A stretch of DNA of 64,000 bases from positions 832,001 through 896,000 of the forward strand of contig OY970173.1 of the NCBI GenBank assembly GCA_963707635.1. The letters run 5' to 3'. Origin of the DNA: Candidatus Latescibacterota bacterium (GTDB taxonomy: Bacteria; Krumholzibacteriota; Krumholzibacteriia; WVZY01; JAKEHA01). The notes beneath the pieces were generated by a model, which saw nothing but the letters and a program-made list of their open reading frames with translations, made no database searches and was not told where the DNA came from. A program made the translations under genes and the position numbers. Below are positions 14,512 through 25,069 of the stretch, piece by piece; positions within the stretch are counted from its first letter, which is position 1, and each line of letters begins with the position of its first letter.

Positions 14512-16140
14512 ATGCGACTCATGAAAAAAGAGCGCCGCCAGGAGCACACGACAGAACACGGACGCGAACAGGTCACCCTGATGCGGCCCGAAGGTCCCGA
14601 CCGGGGTCGCGGGCTGTCCTCGGGATTCCCGGCCGATCTCTTCGAACAGGCCCGCGGGCGTCTCCGGCTCCTGGCGGGTTTCTTCTTCTGCGCCTTCCTG
14701 TTCGACGTACTGGTCTTTGTCAGCGTGATGGCGGTCACCCGGTCGCTGCCGCGCGAGAGTTTCCGTACGATCCCCATCCAGGTCGCCGCCCTGGTTGCCG
14801 CGGTGATGTCAGCCGCCGTGTGGTGGGCGGCGAAGAGTCCGCGCATTTCCGCGTCCCGCATCCACGCGGTGGGCCTGGTCTATGAAGTGGTGGTGTGCTC
14901 CATCGCGGCCACGTCGACCTACCTGCAGTACTACCACGATACCGGGCTGGTCCCGTTGCTGACGTGGGTCCCCGCGATCGTCATCATGTTTCCCCTGATC
15001 ATGCCGGGGCCGCCGCGGCGAATGCTCGCGGCCGCGATCATTTCGGGCGCGACGGGACCGCTGGCGCTGTTCCTGCTCGACATGACGGGCAGAGTCGAAG
15101 CCGGTGACGGGTACGTTCCGTCCGTCGTCAGCTCGACGTTTGCGGTGATATTCGCGTACATGGGTGCGCGCGTCATCTACTCACTCGGGCGCGAGGTGGC
15201 CCGGGCGCGCGCGCTGGGGAGTTATCAACTCGAAGTGCGCCTGGGAGAGGGCGGCATGGGGGAGGTCTGGCGCGCGACCCATCGCCTGCTGGCCCGCCCG
15301 GCGGCGATCAAGCTCATTCGGCCGTCGCTGGTGGGAAGCGCGAGCACCGGGGTTTCGGACGAGGCGCGGCGGCGCTTCGAGCGGGAAGCGCAGGTCATCG
15401 CGAGTCTCCGCTCACCGCACACGGTCGACCTGTTCGACTTCGGAGTCGCGGACGACGGCTCCTTCTACTACGCGATGGAGCTGCTCGACGGACTCGACGC
15501 CGATGTGCTCGTGCGCCGCTTTGGTCCCGTCCCAGCGGAGCGCGCGGTGCACCTGCTCCGCCAGGTGTGCCACTCGCTCTCCGAGGCGGAATCCCGCGGC
15601 CTGGTCCATCGGGACATCAAGCCGTCGAATGTATTCGTGTGCCGCTACGGCGAGGACCACGATTTCGTTAAGGTGCTGGATTTCGGCATCGTGAAGTCGC
15701 GACACGATGCGGCCGGCCTGGGACCGGCGCTGACTCGTGAGACCGTGATCCACGGCACCCCCGCGTTCATGGCGCCCGAACAGGCGCTGGGCGGTGACAG
15801 TATCGACGGGCGCGCCGACATCTATGCGGTCGGCTGCGTGGCCTACTGGCTCCTGACCGGACAGCTCGTGTTCACCGCCGACACGCCGTCGGCGTTGCTT
15901 TTGCAGCATATCCAGGCGGTGCCGACCCCGCCTTCGGCACGCGCCGAATTGCCGATCCCCTCGTCCCTGGATGCGATTGTGCTGGCGTGTTTGGCGAAGA
16001 GCCCGGCCGATCGTCCCCGGTCGGCGAAGGAATTGTCGAGCCGGCTGGCAGGTGTCGAAGGGGCGGGCGTGTGGACCGAGGACCGCTGCCGGGAATGGTG
16101 GGAGAAGCACCAGCCGGCCCCGCGCAGCGCGTCGAACTGA
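14512..16140 (+). CDS. Multi-TM Ser/Thr protein kinase
   Basis: About 6 N-terminal TM helices; GEGGMGEV, AIK, HRDIKPSN, DFG, GTPAFMAPE. Confidence 0.93.
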   Translation: MRLMKKERRQEHTTEHGREQVTLMRPEGPDRGRGLSSGFPADLFEQARGRLRLLAGFFFCAFLFDVLVFVSVMAVTRSLPRESFRTIPIQVAALVAAVMSAAVWWAAKSPRISASRIHAVGLVYEVVVCSIAATSTYLQYYHDTGLVPLLTWVPAIVIMFPLIMPGPPRRMLAAAIISGATGPLALFLLDMTGRVEAGDGYVPSVVSSTFAVIFAYMGARVIYSLGREVARARALGSYQLEVRLGEGGMGEVWRATHRLLARPAAIKLIRPSLVGSASTGVSDEARRRFEREAQVIASLRSPHTVDLFDFGVADDGSFYYAMELLDGLDADVLVRRFGPVPAERAVHLLRQVCHSLSEAESRGLVHRDIKPSNVFVCRYGEDHDFVKVLDFGIVKSRHDAAGLGPALTRETVIHGTPAFMAPEQALGGDSIDGRADIYAVGCVAYWLLTGQLVFTADTPSALLLQHIQAVPTPPSARAELPIPSSLDAIVLACLAKSPADRPRSAKELSSRLAGVEGAGVWTEDRCREWWEKHQPAPRSASN

Positions 16141-18432
16141 TCAGCCTTCCTCGACGCGCTTGCGGACTTCGGCCAGGTTCAGCTCGATCGACTGGCTCGA
16201 ACGCATCAGATCCTCCAGGACGACTTCACGCGGGCGCGTGCCCGGGGTCTTCCCCCGCGTGTCGTCGAGCAACGGACTCAAGCTGTTCCATATCTCGCGT
16301 GGAAGAACGCTCTCCAGATACTCCAGCCCGGTTCCGCGCAGCACGACGTCGGTCGTGAGCAGTCCCTTGAACGCAATCAGCAACGGGGCGCGCGGGATCA
16401 CGAGCGACAGGATGGTGAACACGTGCTCCATCCGGCGGCTGGCACGCCCGTGCAGCGATTCGTCGATCAGCGCGGGCTCGTCGTTCGCCGGCTCGTCGAT
16501 AAGCTGCTGATCCTCCCAGAGTGACTTGTCGACACGCGTCTCTTTCAGCACCGCCGCGTATACCGTCGCCGCGTCGACCGGCAGCGACGGGAGTCGTTCG
16601 TGGATTCGGGCCAGCGCCCGCGCCGTCTGGTAGCGCACCTCGAACCGGCTGTCGGCGAGCGCGGCTACGAGCCCGTCGTAGGCGCGTGAGGTCGTGCAGG
16701 TGCCGAGGATGCGGGGGACACGCCGGCGGATGGCGAAGTCCTCGTTGGGATCGAGCAGACGGTCGATGAGTTGACCCGTCACCGCCGGCGCGGATTTGGC
16801 CAGCGCGCGCGACGCCCAGCCGGTCACCTCGTCCCAGGCCAGGAGCGAGATCACCTGGGCGGCGAGCGTCGGCGTCAGGGCCCGGGTCTGGCGCAGCTCC
16901 GCGTGCACGCGCCGGGCGTCGCCGGAACGAAGCGCGATCAGGGAAGCAAGCTCCGGGTCCGCCACGGGCGCGAGGGGCTGCGTCGGCGCCGTTTTCAACT
17001 CGGAGATGGCCCCGTCGTCCGCGGATGGGTCCGACGACGAGCCCGGGGAGTCGCCGCGGAGCTCGCCCAGTCGCGCGCCGTCGATCGACATCGACAGGTC
17101 GATGCCGGTGAACGACTCCATCATCATCGTGCGCACGCCGACGGGCTCGTCTCCCTTGATGTCGAGCACGCTGGCCCGCTTGATCAGGCTCTCCTCGAGC
17201 GCACGGATGTATCCCCGGCGCAGCGCTCGCACCACCACGAAGCCCAGCGCCGAAATCAGCACCGCCAGGCCCATGAGGACGTGGCTGGCGATCGCCACCG
17301 GCAGGAGTATGACCGCGCGGATGACCGCGCCGCCGACGACATCCCCCATGCGATCCGCGCCCACGTCGACGATGGTCTTGGTGCTGCGTTTTTCTTCGGG
17401 GGCGACCGGGGTGAAGAGCAGTTCGTACCCGGACCGAAACAACGAACTCTGAATGACCGCTTCGAGGGCGCGCAGAATCCCCAGGCCCGTAAGCCCCATC
17501 ACCGGGAGCGTGACCAGCCCGCCGACGGCCACGATCGCCGGGCGGACGGCCAGCGTGTTTGCAATCCCGGCCCCCTCCAGGAGACGTCGCGTCATGCCGG
17601 CCTGCACGGCGAGCGAGACGACGGACACGGCCGTGTAGAACACCGCAAAGAACCGAACCAGGTCCGCGCCGTTCGCGAAGCTCTGCGCGGCGCGCGCCTT
17701 GAAGAGATAATCGATGAGAGTGGCGGCCACGTTTCCCAGCAGAACGATGAGCGCGAGATTGCGCAGGTAGCCGACGCGCATCAGCACGCGGAAGCCGGAT
17801 TCAGCCGCGCGCTCGTGTTCATGCCTGGCGCGGCCGTCCGGCGGCGACTTCGGGTCCGCGCCGGCGGGCGGCAAGCGGACGAGAAGCAGCCCGCAGACCA
17901 CGTTGAGGCCGGCGATGATCGGCAGCACCCACAGCAGACCGGCGTAAGCACCCACCCGTTCCGCGAGCAGGCCTCCGAAGAGCCCGCCCACCGTGGCCCA
18001 TCCGACGATCCGTCCGATACTGCGTTTGGCCGTCCGGGGGTCGAAGTGTTCGTTGAGGATCGACCAGAATCCCGAAATCAGAATCGAGCCGATCACCGCG
18101 ACGTGGAGGTATACGAGGACCGAGGCCGCCTTCGGGCTGCGCGTGGCGAGAAACCACTCGGCGACGAGCAGGACGCCGCTGGCCACGAAGAACGGCGGCA
18201 TCACGCGGTGCGGTCCGAGCGAGGTCATGGCCCGCGCGGTGAGCAGCACGGCGCCGATCGACAACAGCGCCGACGCGATTAGCACCAGCGGCAGTGCGGA
18301 TACTTCGAAATTGGTCAGGAACAGAGCGTCGCGCGTGGCCTTGGCCGCCACCTGCGTCGCGATCATCGCGAACGCGCAGGCCGATGCGGTGGCGACCGAC
18401 GCAGCGCCGGCCCGCCGGCCGGGGCTAGCCAT
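16141..18432 (-). CDS. Npt1/Npt2 (TLC/NTT)-like nucleotide transporter domain fused to HEAT-like repeats
   Basis: 'KATRDALFL', 'FWSILNEHFDPRTAKR', 'LIDYLFK' and 'KTIVD' in a ~12-TM N-half; helical repeats 'LADSRFEVRYQTARAL' in the C-half. Confidence 0.7.
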   Translation of the reverse strand: MASPGRRAGAASVATASACAFAMIATQVAAKATRDALFLTNFEVSALPLVLIASALLSIGAVLLTARAMTSLGPHRVMPPFFVASGVLLVAEWFLATRSPKAASVLVYLHVAVIGSILISGFWSILNEHFDPRTAKRSIGRIVGWATVGGLFGGLLAERVGAYAGLLWVLPIIAGLNVVCGLLLVRLPPAGADPKSPPDGRARHEHERAAESGFRVLMRVGYLRNLALIVLLGNVAATLIDYLFKARAAQSFANGADLVRFFAVFYTAVSVVSLAVQAGMTRRLLEGAGIANTLAVRPAIVAVGGLVTLPVMGLTGLGILRALEAVIQSSLFRSGYELLFTPVAPEEKRSTKTIVDVGADRMGDVVGGAVIRAVILLPVAIASHVLMGLAVLISALGFVVVRALRRGYIRALEESLIKRASVLDIKGDEPVGVRTMMMESFTGIDLSMSIDGARLGELRGDSPGSSSDPSADDGAISELKTAPTQPLAPVADPELASLIALRSGDARRVHAELRQTRALTPTLAAQVISLLAWDEVTGWASRALAKSAPAVTGQLIDRLLDPNEDFAIRRRVPRILGTCTTSRAYDGLVAALADSRFEVRYQTARALARIHERLPSLPVDAATVYAAVLKETRVDKSLWEDQQLIDEPANDEPALIDESLHGRASRRMEHVFTILSLVIPRAPLLIAFKGLLTTDVVLRGTGLEYLESVLPREIWNSLSPLLDDTRGKTPGTRPREVVLEDLMRSSQSIELNLAEVRKRVEEG

Positions 18433-20071
18433 TCACGACCGTAGGCGCGCCCGTGTCCAGCCTGTGACCGAGGGGCGCCGCGTGGAGGTGGGGGAGGTGC
18501 ATTCGCCACCATTGCTCGGCACGCTGCTGCGTCCAGGCGGGAAGCGTGGCGGCGAGCTCCGAGAGCATTTCGCCGAGCTCCTCCGCGGAGCCCGGCCGGT
18601 CGTCCGGATCCTTCTCCAGACAGGCGAGCACGATCTCCTCCAGCCGCGGCGGCACCTCGATCTCGGTACGCGAAGAAACCGTGGGGGGCTTCTCCTTCAC
18701 GTGCTGGATGAGAATCGACATGGGAGTGTTGCCGGCGAACACCAGCTGCCCGGTCAGCAGCCAGTAGGCGACGCAGCCGAGTGCGTAGATGTCGGCGCGA
18801 CCGTCCACCGGCGCATCCCCGGTCACCATCTCCGGCGCCATGAAGCCCGGGGTTCCGCTGGTGACGCCGGCGCCCGTCAGCTGGGTGATCGTGTCGCCCG
18901 GGTCCTTGACGCTCTTGACCAGGCCGAAGTCGAGCACCTTGATGAAGTCGAAATCGCGGCCGCGGCGGCAGGTGAACATGTTGGCGGGTTTGATGTCCCG
19001 GTGTATCAGGCCGCGGTCGTGGGCGTCGGCGAGAGAATCGCACGCGGCGCGCAGGAAGTGGACCGCCCGCTCCGCGGGTATCGGTCCGGACTCCTGGATC
19101 AGCGACTTGAGGTCGCGACCCTCGAGAAACTCCATTACGTAGTAGAAGACTCCATCCTCGCCGATGCCGAAATCGTAGAGCATGATGGAATGTTGCGACG
19201 TGAGCATCGCCGTCGCCTGCGCCTCGCGCTCGAAACGCCGCAGCAGCGTCCGGGCGGCGGTCCCGTCCCCGGGGGTGCCCAGGGACTCGGGCCGGATCAG
19301 TTTTACCGCCGCCGGGCGGGCGAGCATCCGGTGTTTCGCCCGCCATACTTCGCCCATGCCGCCCGATCCGATCTTGTCGGTGAGCTGATAGCTGCCGAGG
19401 CGCCGGGCCTTGGAAACATCCCGGGCCAGGCGAAACACCCGATACGCAATGGCGTACGCGATGCCGGCGCAGATCAGGACCGGCAGCGCGAGGCGAACCA
19501 TCGCGATCCACGGGGAGCCCTCGAAATCGGCCGGAACACCGTGGACAGCCAGCGAGAGGATGGCGACGGCCGGCACGGTGGCGAATGCCAGCAGGGAGCC
19601 GATGAGCATCTGCCTGGGCGCGAGCGTGACGATGCTCGGATACGCCACCAGCCAGACTCCCACCCAGTTGACGGACTCGATCTCGAACTTCGAGACGCTC
19701 TCCCATCCCCACGACTGGACGGCGATGCCGAGCGCGGACACCACCAGGTAAAACATCGACATGCCCGCGAAGACGCAGGCTTCGCACTTCGTCCTGACGC
19801 ATCGGTAAACGACGACCAGCGAGTAGGTGATCGCGATCAGGGAGGTGACGGTGTCGAACGCGGGGAGAAAAAGGAAGTGACCGGCGTCGGCTATCCAGGT
19901 GATCCAGTCGGCGACGTAGCCGAGAAAGAAAACCGCCGCATAGATCGTCGCGGCAGCGGCGAGCCCGTGAAAGGCGCTCTGCTGCGTCTGGGAATCCAGG
20001 TCGGCGAAATTCGACGGATCGCTTGGACTGCTCGGCTGACTTTCAGCCCGTATGTTGAATTGTGCGGCCAC
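18425..20071 (-). CDS. Multi-TM Ser/Thr protein kinase, paralog of 14512..16140
   Basis: GSGGMGEV, HRDIKPAN, DFG, GTPGFMAPE; GGGAGG RBS before GTG 20071. Confidence 0.92.
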   Translation of the reverse strand: MAAQFNIRAESQPSSPSDPSNFADLDSQTQQSAFHGLAAAATIYAAVFFLGYVADWITWIADAGHFLFLPAFDTVTSLIAITYSLVVVYRCVRTKCEACVFAGMSMFYLVVSALGIAVQSWGWESVSKFEIESVNWVGVWLVAYPSIVTLAPRQMLIGSLLAFATVPAVAILSLAVHGVPADFEGSPWIAMVRLALPVLICAGIAYAIAYRVFRLARDVSKARRLGSYQLTDKIGSGGMGEVWRAKHRMLARPAAVKLIRPESLGTPGDGTAARTLLRRFEREAQATAMLTSQHSIMLYDFGIGEDGVFYYVMEFLEGRDLKSLIQESGPIPAERAVHFLRAACDSLADAHDRGLIHRDIKPANMFTCRRGRDFDFIKVLDFGLVKSVKDPGDTITQLTGAGVTSGTPGFMAPEMVTGDAPVDGRADIYALGCVAYWLLTGQLVFAGNTPMSILIQHVKEKPPTVSSRTEIEVPPRLEEIVLACLEKDPDDRPGSAEELGEMLSELAATLPAWTQQRAEQWWRMHLPHLHAAPLGHRLDTGAPTVVNG

Positions 20072-20195
20072 GAGCCTCCCGGTGTGCGCCGGCGCGGCGT
20101 TGGCTCCAACCCCGCGCCCGGGCAGCGGTACGCGCAAGGTTATCACGGGGCGGCGAACAGGACAACGGGGTGGTGGGATCCCGGTTTTCGGCCGG

Positions 20196-22779
20196 CTAGA
20201 ACGAGAGACCCGCGTGGATGTAGACCCCGGTGCCTTCCTCGCTCGACGCGATGGAAACGCTCACCGTGTTCGCCGCGTCGAGCAGCGCAAACCAGAACCC
20301 GCCGCCGGCCGCGCTGTGCCACTGATTGGACGATTCTCCCGTGAAGTAGACCCGTCCGGTGTCGCCCAGCGCAAACACGCCCAGACTCCCGGGTACGAAG
20401 ATGTAGACGCGGGCGATCGGGATACGAAGCTCCGCGCTTCCATACAACGAGCCGTCCCCGGCGAAGCGCTGTTGCGGGAATCCTCGCAGCGTGGCACCCC
20501 CGCCCACGTAGGCGGCCTCATCGTAGGGGTAGGCTCCCCACACCCGTTTGCCACCCGCCCGCAGGGCGAGGGTCGGTGTGGTGGGAATCGGAAGCGGCTG
20601 GTACAGGGCGCCCTCGCCATGAACCTCGCCGAAGGTGGTTTCGACGGCTCCGACCGGTGGGTACACGTTACCGTCGACGGCGAAACGGACGCCGCGCGTG
20701 GGAGCCACATCCGAGTCGCGCGTGTCGATGGATAGTCCCGCGCCCGCGCCGGCCTGGAAGAAGTCCTCCGCGCCGTACGGGGGCGCGGTCGTGATGTAGC
20801 GGTCGGGCTCGAGGTCGGTCTTTTTGTACTGCGCGTTGACCTGCAGGGTCGCGGTCCAATGCTGGCCGACCGGCAGGAGCAGCGACGGCTCAACGACGTA
20901 CTGGGTGTGCTTCACCTTGTAGAAATCTTCGTCCTCGCTGGCCTCGGTCTCGTTTCCGTATCCATAGAAGTGCAGAAAGTCCAGCCCCGACGCCCGCACA
21001 TAGAGGCCTGTCGCGACGCGCGTGTTCTCGCGACGGAATTCGCCCCGGTAGTCCGCACCGAAGGATCCGGCCCGGGTGGCGTAGCCGACGCGGATGGTTT
21101 GTTTGCTCGCGTACGGGTCCTTGCGGAATCCGTATCCGAAGGATTGCAAACTGGCGAGGAACAGCACACCCAGGTCGCTGTTGCCGCCGATCCACGGAAT
21201 GAAGATGTTTCTCCGCCCCCAGTCGCGCGGCGGGATCCAGGGGGCCTTCTCGCGTTTCGGAGGCGTGTACGGGCGGGTGTCCAGTTTCGTTCCGGATCCG
21301 CGCAGCACGTCGTTGGTGCCACTCGCGTCCGAGACGAGAAGTCCGGTCCCGGCGCTATCGTCGAAGGTGTCATCGCCACCGCCGCCGATCACGCGCACGG
21401 TGATCTTGCCCGGGCGGCCGGTGGCGGTCAGGCTGTCGTTGCCGCCGCCGAGGTAGATTCGAATCTCGTCGGTTTCGTCCGGATGAAACACGCGATGCAC
21501 GTACGGAGTGCCGGCCGCCGCGACGGACACCTCGACATCGCCATTCTCGCGATGGCCGACCGTCACGACCTCGTCCTGGTCCGTGGCCCGAATGTCGACC
21601 TTGCGCGCGAGGAAGCGATAGAAGCGATCCGCCTCGGCCGCGAGCTGGTCGCGCCGATGGCGCAGCGCGGCTTCCATCCCGGCACCCTCCAGGGCGCGGT
21701 ACTCGGCGGGAATGCGCGCCACCGCCTGCGCGATCACGGCGTCGGTGATGCGCGCCTGCAGACCCGTCGCGACCTCGTCCCAGACCGGTTTCTCCAGCTC
21801 GACCAGGATCCGGCGGTCGCCGTCGCGGCCGTTCCACGTGAGTCCTTCGATCCCGGGATAGTCCTCGCCGAAGCTCACGAACTGGGGTGCGCGCTGACGC
21901 CCCGCGACGACCACCAACCCTTCGAAGCGAACGAAGGCCTGATCGCGGTCCTCGGGAATCGGGCGCCATCGTTCGTCAGCCGGCAGCTTCGCCCACCGCC
22001 ACTGCCCGCGATGACGATCCCAGTCGCCGACGAGGATGTCGACCAGCCGGGCGGTGAGAAACGCGCGCGAATCGGGGCGCGTGGCCGGACTCTCGTCCAT
22101 CCGTTTCCACATCTCCGCGCCGTCCACGATCTCGGTGGCGCCGGCGAATCCGGGCCGCGGGTATTCCTCGAACGTTCCGAGCACCCCGGCGAACACGGAT
22201 TGAAACTCGCCCAGCAGCGAGTCGTCCGGCATCACCACCAGCATCGGATCCGCGTGCAGCACGCCGGCGGCTTCCAGCAGCGGTGGCACGGCCACGGCGC
22301 CCGCCGGGGAAGCTGGACGCGATCTGATCCTGCAACAGTTTGTCGACGAACGTGCCGTGTAGCTCCGGCGGCAGTATCTCGGTGGGATCCTTGTCGAGGC
22401 CGCGGAAGGTGTAGTCGCGGCCGTCGGCGCCCTTCATGGCGAGACCGAGTGTCTGCTGACCGCCCACGCGCCTCACCGGCTGCAGTCCGCCCGCGAAGCG
22501 GTGCAGGTCCAGTTCCGGGATTTCGACCGGCGTCGTCCACAGGCGGCGATAATCGCTTCCCAGCAGGAACCGGTGCAAGTCCCCCGCGTGGTAGTGCTCG
22601 CCCGCGACCACGGTGCGAACGCGCGGGGCGATGGCCGCCGTGCTGTCGGGCGCGCCGCCCGCGTCGGCCGATCCAGCGCTGCCGGCAACGGTGAGCGCCA
22701 GGCCATTCGCGAGCAGCCCGGCCACTGCGCCGGCGCGCTTTCGCCGCGCGGCGCTACTCCTGCGGAACAGGATCGACAC
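20196..22779 (-). CDS. Omp85 (BamA/TamA-like) beta-barrel protein with an N-terminal atypical kinase-like domain; frameshift near 22300
   Basis: Signal peptide; 'GGQQT', 'GDWDRH', 'IPEDRDQAF'; C-terminal 'LRGF..QRFAGD' loop-6-like motif and terminal F. Removing one G joins ORFs 21976..22779 and 20196..22295. Confidence 0.8.
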
Positions 22780-24112
22780 GTTGCACCTCCATCAGCGCCC
22801 GGTGACGCCGGCCAATGCCGATGACGATGAGCAGCCATACCAGAATGAACGCCATGTTGACGATGGCGAAGTCCCGGGGTTGCAGCGCGAGCAGGGTTCC
22901 CAGGAATACCAGACCCGCGGACGAGAGGTCGCCGGCGCGCACGAACAGCGTGTCGATCGCGGCCTTGGCCTTGTACTTCGCTTCTCTAGCCGTCGGCAGG
23001 AAGAGTGCCTGACGCGCGGTGTTGTTGAGCGAATAGTCGAGTGAATTCTCGCTGATCTTCGCCATCCGGATGAGCGCGAGCACCGGCACGAACGCGAGTA
23101 TCCCGTACGCGCCCAGCGCGACCACCGGCAGCACATACAGCGCCACCCGCACGCCGAAGCGGCGCAGGAAACGCCCGACCAGGAAGATCTGGATGACGGC
23201 CGTGATCGTGGCCACCCAGGTGAAGTAGTCCGCGTAGAACCTGCCGATGAATTGCTTCACGAAATCGTCGGCGGCCACGCCTTCCATCCTGCCGGCGGCG
23301 GCGAATCGCACCGCCTCGCCCGACACCACCCGGCCGAGGATGTATTCTCCGTTGGTGTTCACGAAGTTGAGCAGCAGCAGCAGCATGGCGATCAAGAACA
23401 GATAGCGGTCCCGCGCCACCAACGCGAATCCACCGCGGCGATCGATCATGGGTGCGGTGGCGGCAGGGTCGTGTGCGACTCGTTGCGTGCGGCGTTGGAC
23501 GATCAGGATGAGCAGCAGATAGCCACCGAGAATGGCGGCGGCAACGAGCATGAGTTGATAGACGTGGAGGCGCCCGATCAGCGCCTTGGAGATGAACCCG
23601 CCGGTGGCGGCGCCCAGGGTCTGGCCGAATCCCAGGATGGCGAAGAGCCGGCGGCCCTGTTCCGGCGTGTAGACGTCGTTGGCGAACGACCAGAACTGGG
23701 CGATGATCATGAGGTTGAAAATCCCCACCCACACGAAGAAGGCGACGCCCAGGCCGGGCGTTCTCGCGACCGCGAGGAAGTAGAAAACCAGGAGGTTGGA
23801 GATGAAGAACAACGTGACGATGCTGATCAGGCGGATGCGATTGACCCGATTCGCGATCGCACTGTAGGCGGGCACCAGAAAGAGGAGTAGGACCGCCTGC
23901 GCCGCCGAGGTATAGCTCTTCAGTTCCGCTCCGCCCCCCGAGAGAATGAGCGGCTCGCGCACGACCTTGAGCACGTAGTACGCGGTGAGCAGCAGGAACA
24001 CCGCAAGCATGAGCAGAACCGCGTTCGTTCCTTCGCCGGCCCTGAGGAACGCGAACGGCCGCAGCATGCTGTCGAGAATTCCTCGATGATTCCGGGGAGC
24101 GCTCTCGCTCAT
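22754..24112 (-). CDS. Npt1/Npt2 family (TLC/AAA) nucleotide transporter
   Basis: 'YYVLKVVRE', 'QFWSFANDVY..EQGRRLF', 'ENSLDYS', 'KYKAKAAIDT..R.GD'; ~12 TMs. Confidence 0.85.
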   Translation of the reverse strand: MSESAPRNHRGILDSMLRPFAFLRAGEGTNAVLLMLAVFLLLTAYYVLKVVREPLILSGGGAELKSYTSAAQAVLLLFLVPAYSAIANRVNRIRLISIVTLFFISNLLVFYFLAVARTPGLGVAFFVWVGIFNLMIIAQFWSFANDVYTPEQGRRLFAILGFGQTLGAATGGFISKALIGRLHVYQLMLVAAAILGGYLLLILIVQRRTQRVAHDPAATAPMIDRRGGFALVARDRYLFLIAMLLLLLNFVNTNGEYILGRVVSGEAVRFAAAGRMEGVAADDFVKQFIGRFYADYFTWVATITAVIQIFLVGRFLRRFGVRVALYVLPVVALGAYGILAFVPVLALIRMAKISENSLDYSLNNTARQALFLPTAREAKYKAKAAIDTLFVRAGDLSSAGLVFLGTLLALQPRDFAIVNMAFILVWLLIVIGIGRRHRALMEVQRVDPVPQE

Positions 24113-24282
24113 TTGCGGCAGTGTACCGCATGGCGGCTGCCGCGGAAAGATGCGACGCCCCGGTGCGGCAGGCGGGATCGACGGGCCGCAAGCGGCGGCA
24201 TCCGTGGGTGCACCGGATGTGCTACAATCCTCCCCCCGCAAGAATGTGCCCCCATGGTTCCCGCACGTAAGGAGGAGAGGTC

Positions 24283-24930
24283 ATGAATCGAATCATCCCA
24301 ATACTACTGATCGCAATGATGGCGACGGTGGGCTGCTCCAAGAAGGCCCTGATCGCCCAGAAGGACGCGGAGATCGCCAGTCTGCAGAGCGACGTGACGG
24401 AGCTAAAGGGGCAGGTCAGTGAACTCCAGGCCAGTCTCGACCAGCAGCAGCAGATGAACGCCCAGTTGAACACCGACCTGGCCGACCTGCGCGAAGAGAA
24501 GCGCATCCTGATCGAGGAGAAAGAAGGCCTCACGCACATCACCCTGGACGGGGCAGCGACGTTCGGCACGGCGCAGGCCGACCTGACCGACGAAGCCAAA
24601 GAAGTCCTGGACCGGGTCTGGAATGTGCTGGCGGACTACCCGGACCGCCGCATCCTGATCGAAGGGCACACGGACAGCCGTCAGATCGCGATGACGTACC
24701 GCGAGAAGTTCGCGTCCAACTGGGAGCTGTCATCCGCCCGCGCGCATTCGGTGCTCCACTATCTGCAGTACCAGCACCACGCGGATCCGAACCGCCTGGC
24801 CGCGGTCGGCTACGCCGCGAGCGAGCCGGTGGCCGACGACTCGACGCCGGAAGGACGGGCCCAGAACCGGCGCGTCGTGATCACGGTGGGCAGCGAAATG
24901 GACGTCGAGGCGAGGATTTCCAACCGGTAG
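24283..24930 (+). CDS. OmpA/MotB-type peptidoglycan-binding lipoprotein with coiled coil (copy 1)
   Basis: Lipobox 'TVGC'; EGHTD, NWELSSARA, RAQNRRV. Confidence 0.9.
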   Translation: MNRIIPILLIAMMATVGCSKKALIAQKDAEIASLQSDVTELKGQVSELQASLDQQQQMNAQLNTDLADLREEKRILIEEKEGLTHITLDGAATFGTAQADLTDEAKEVLDRVWNVLADYPDRRILIEGHTDSRQIAMTYREKFASNWELSSARAHSVLHYLQYQHHADPNRLAAVGYAASEPVADDSTPEGRAQNRRVVITVGSEMDVEARISNR

Positions 24931-24943
24931 CGTCTGGATCGAT

Positions 24944-25039
24944 GGCGGACGACATGTCGGACTCCGCGCTCATGCACTCGCGCGCAAACGTCTGCAGCGC
25001 GCCTCGTGAAATCGCACTTCGCCCGACATGTCGTCCGCC
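24944..25039. repeat. 96-bp element with perfect 17-bp terminal inverted repeats (copy A)
   Basis: GGCGGACGACATGTCGG (24944-24960) and CCGACATGTCGTCCGCC (25023-25039) around a 62-bp core shared with 30398..30489. Confidence 0.9.
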
Positions 25040-25069
25040 GAAGTTGCGCGGCGGGATTGAAATCAAGCG

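Noticed and set aside
24918..25050. Possible integron attC reading of the TIR element (TTCCAAC ... GTTGCGC)
   Set aside because: The boxes do not fit RYYYAAC/GTTRRRY, the upstream box is absent from copy B, and there is no integrase or cassette array
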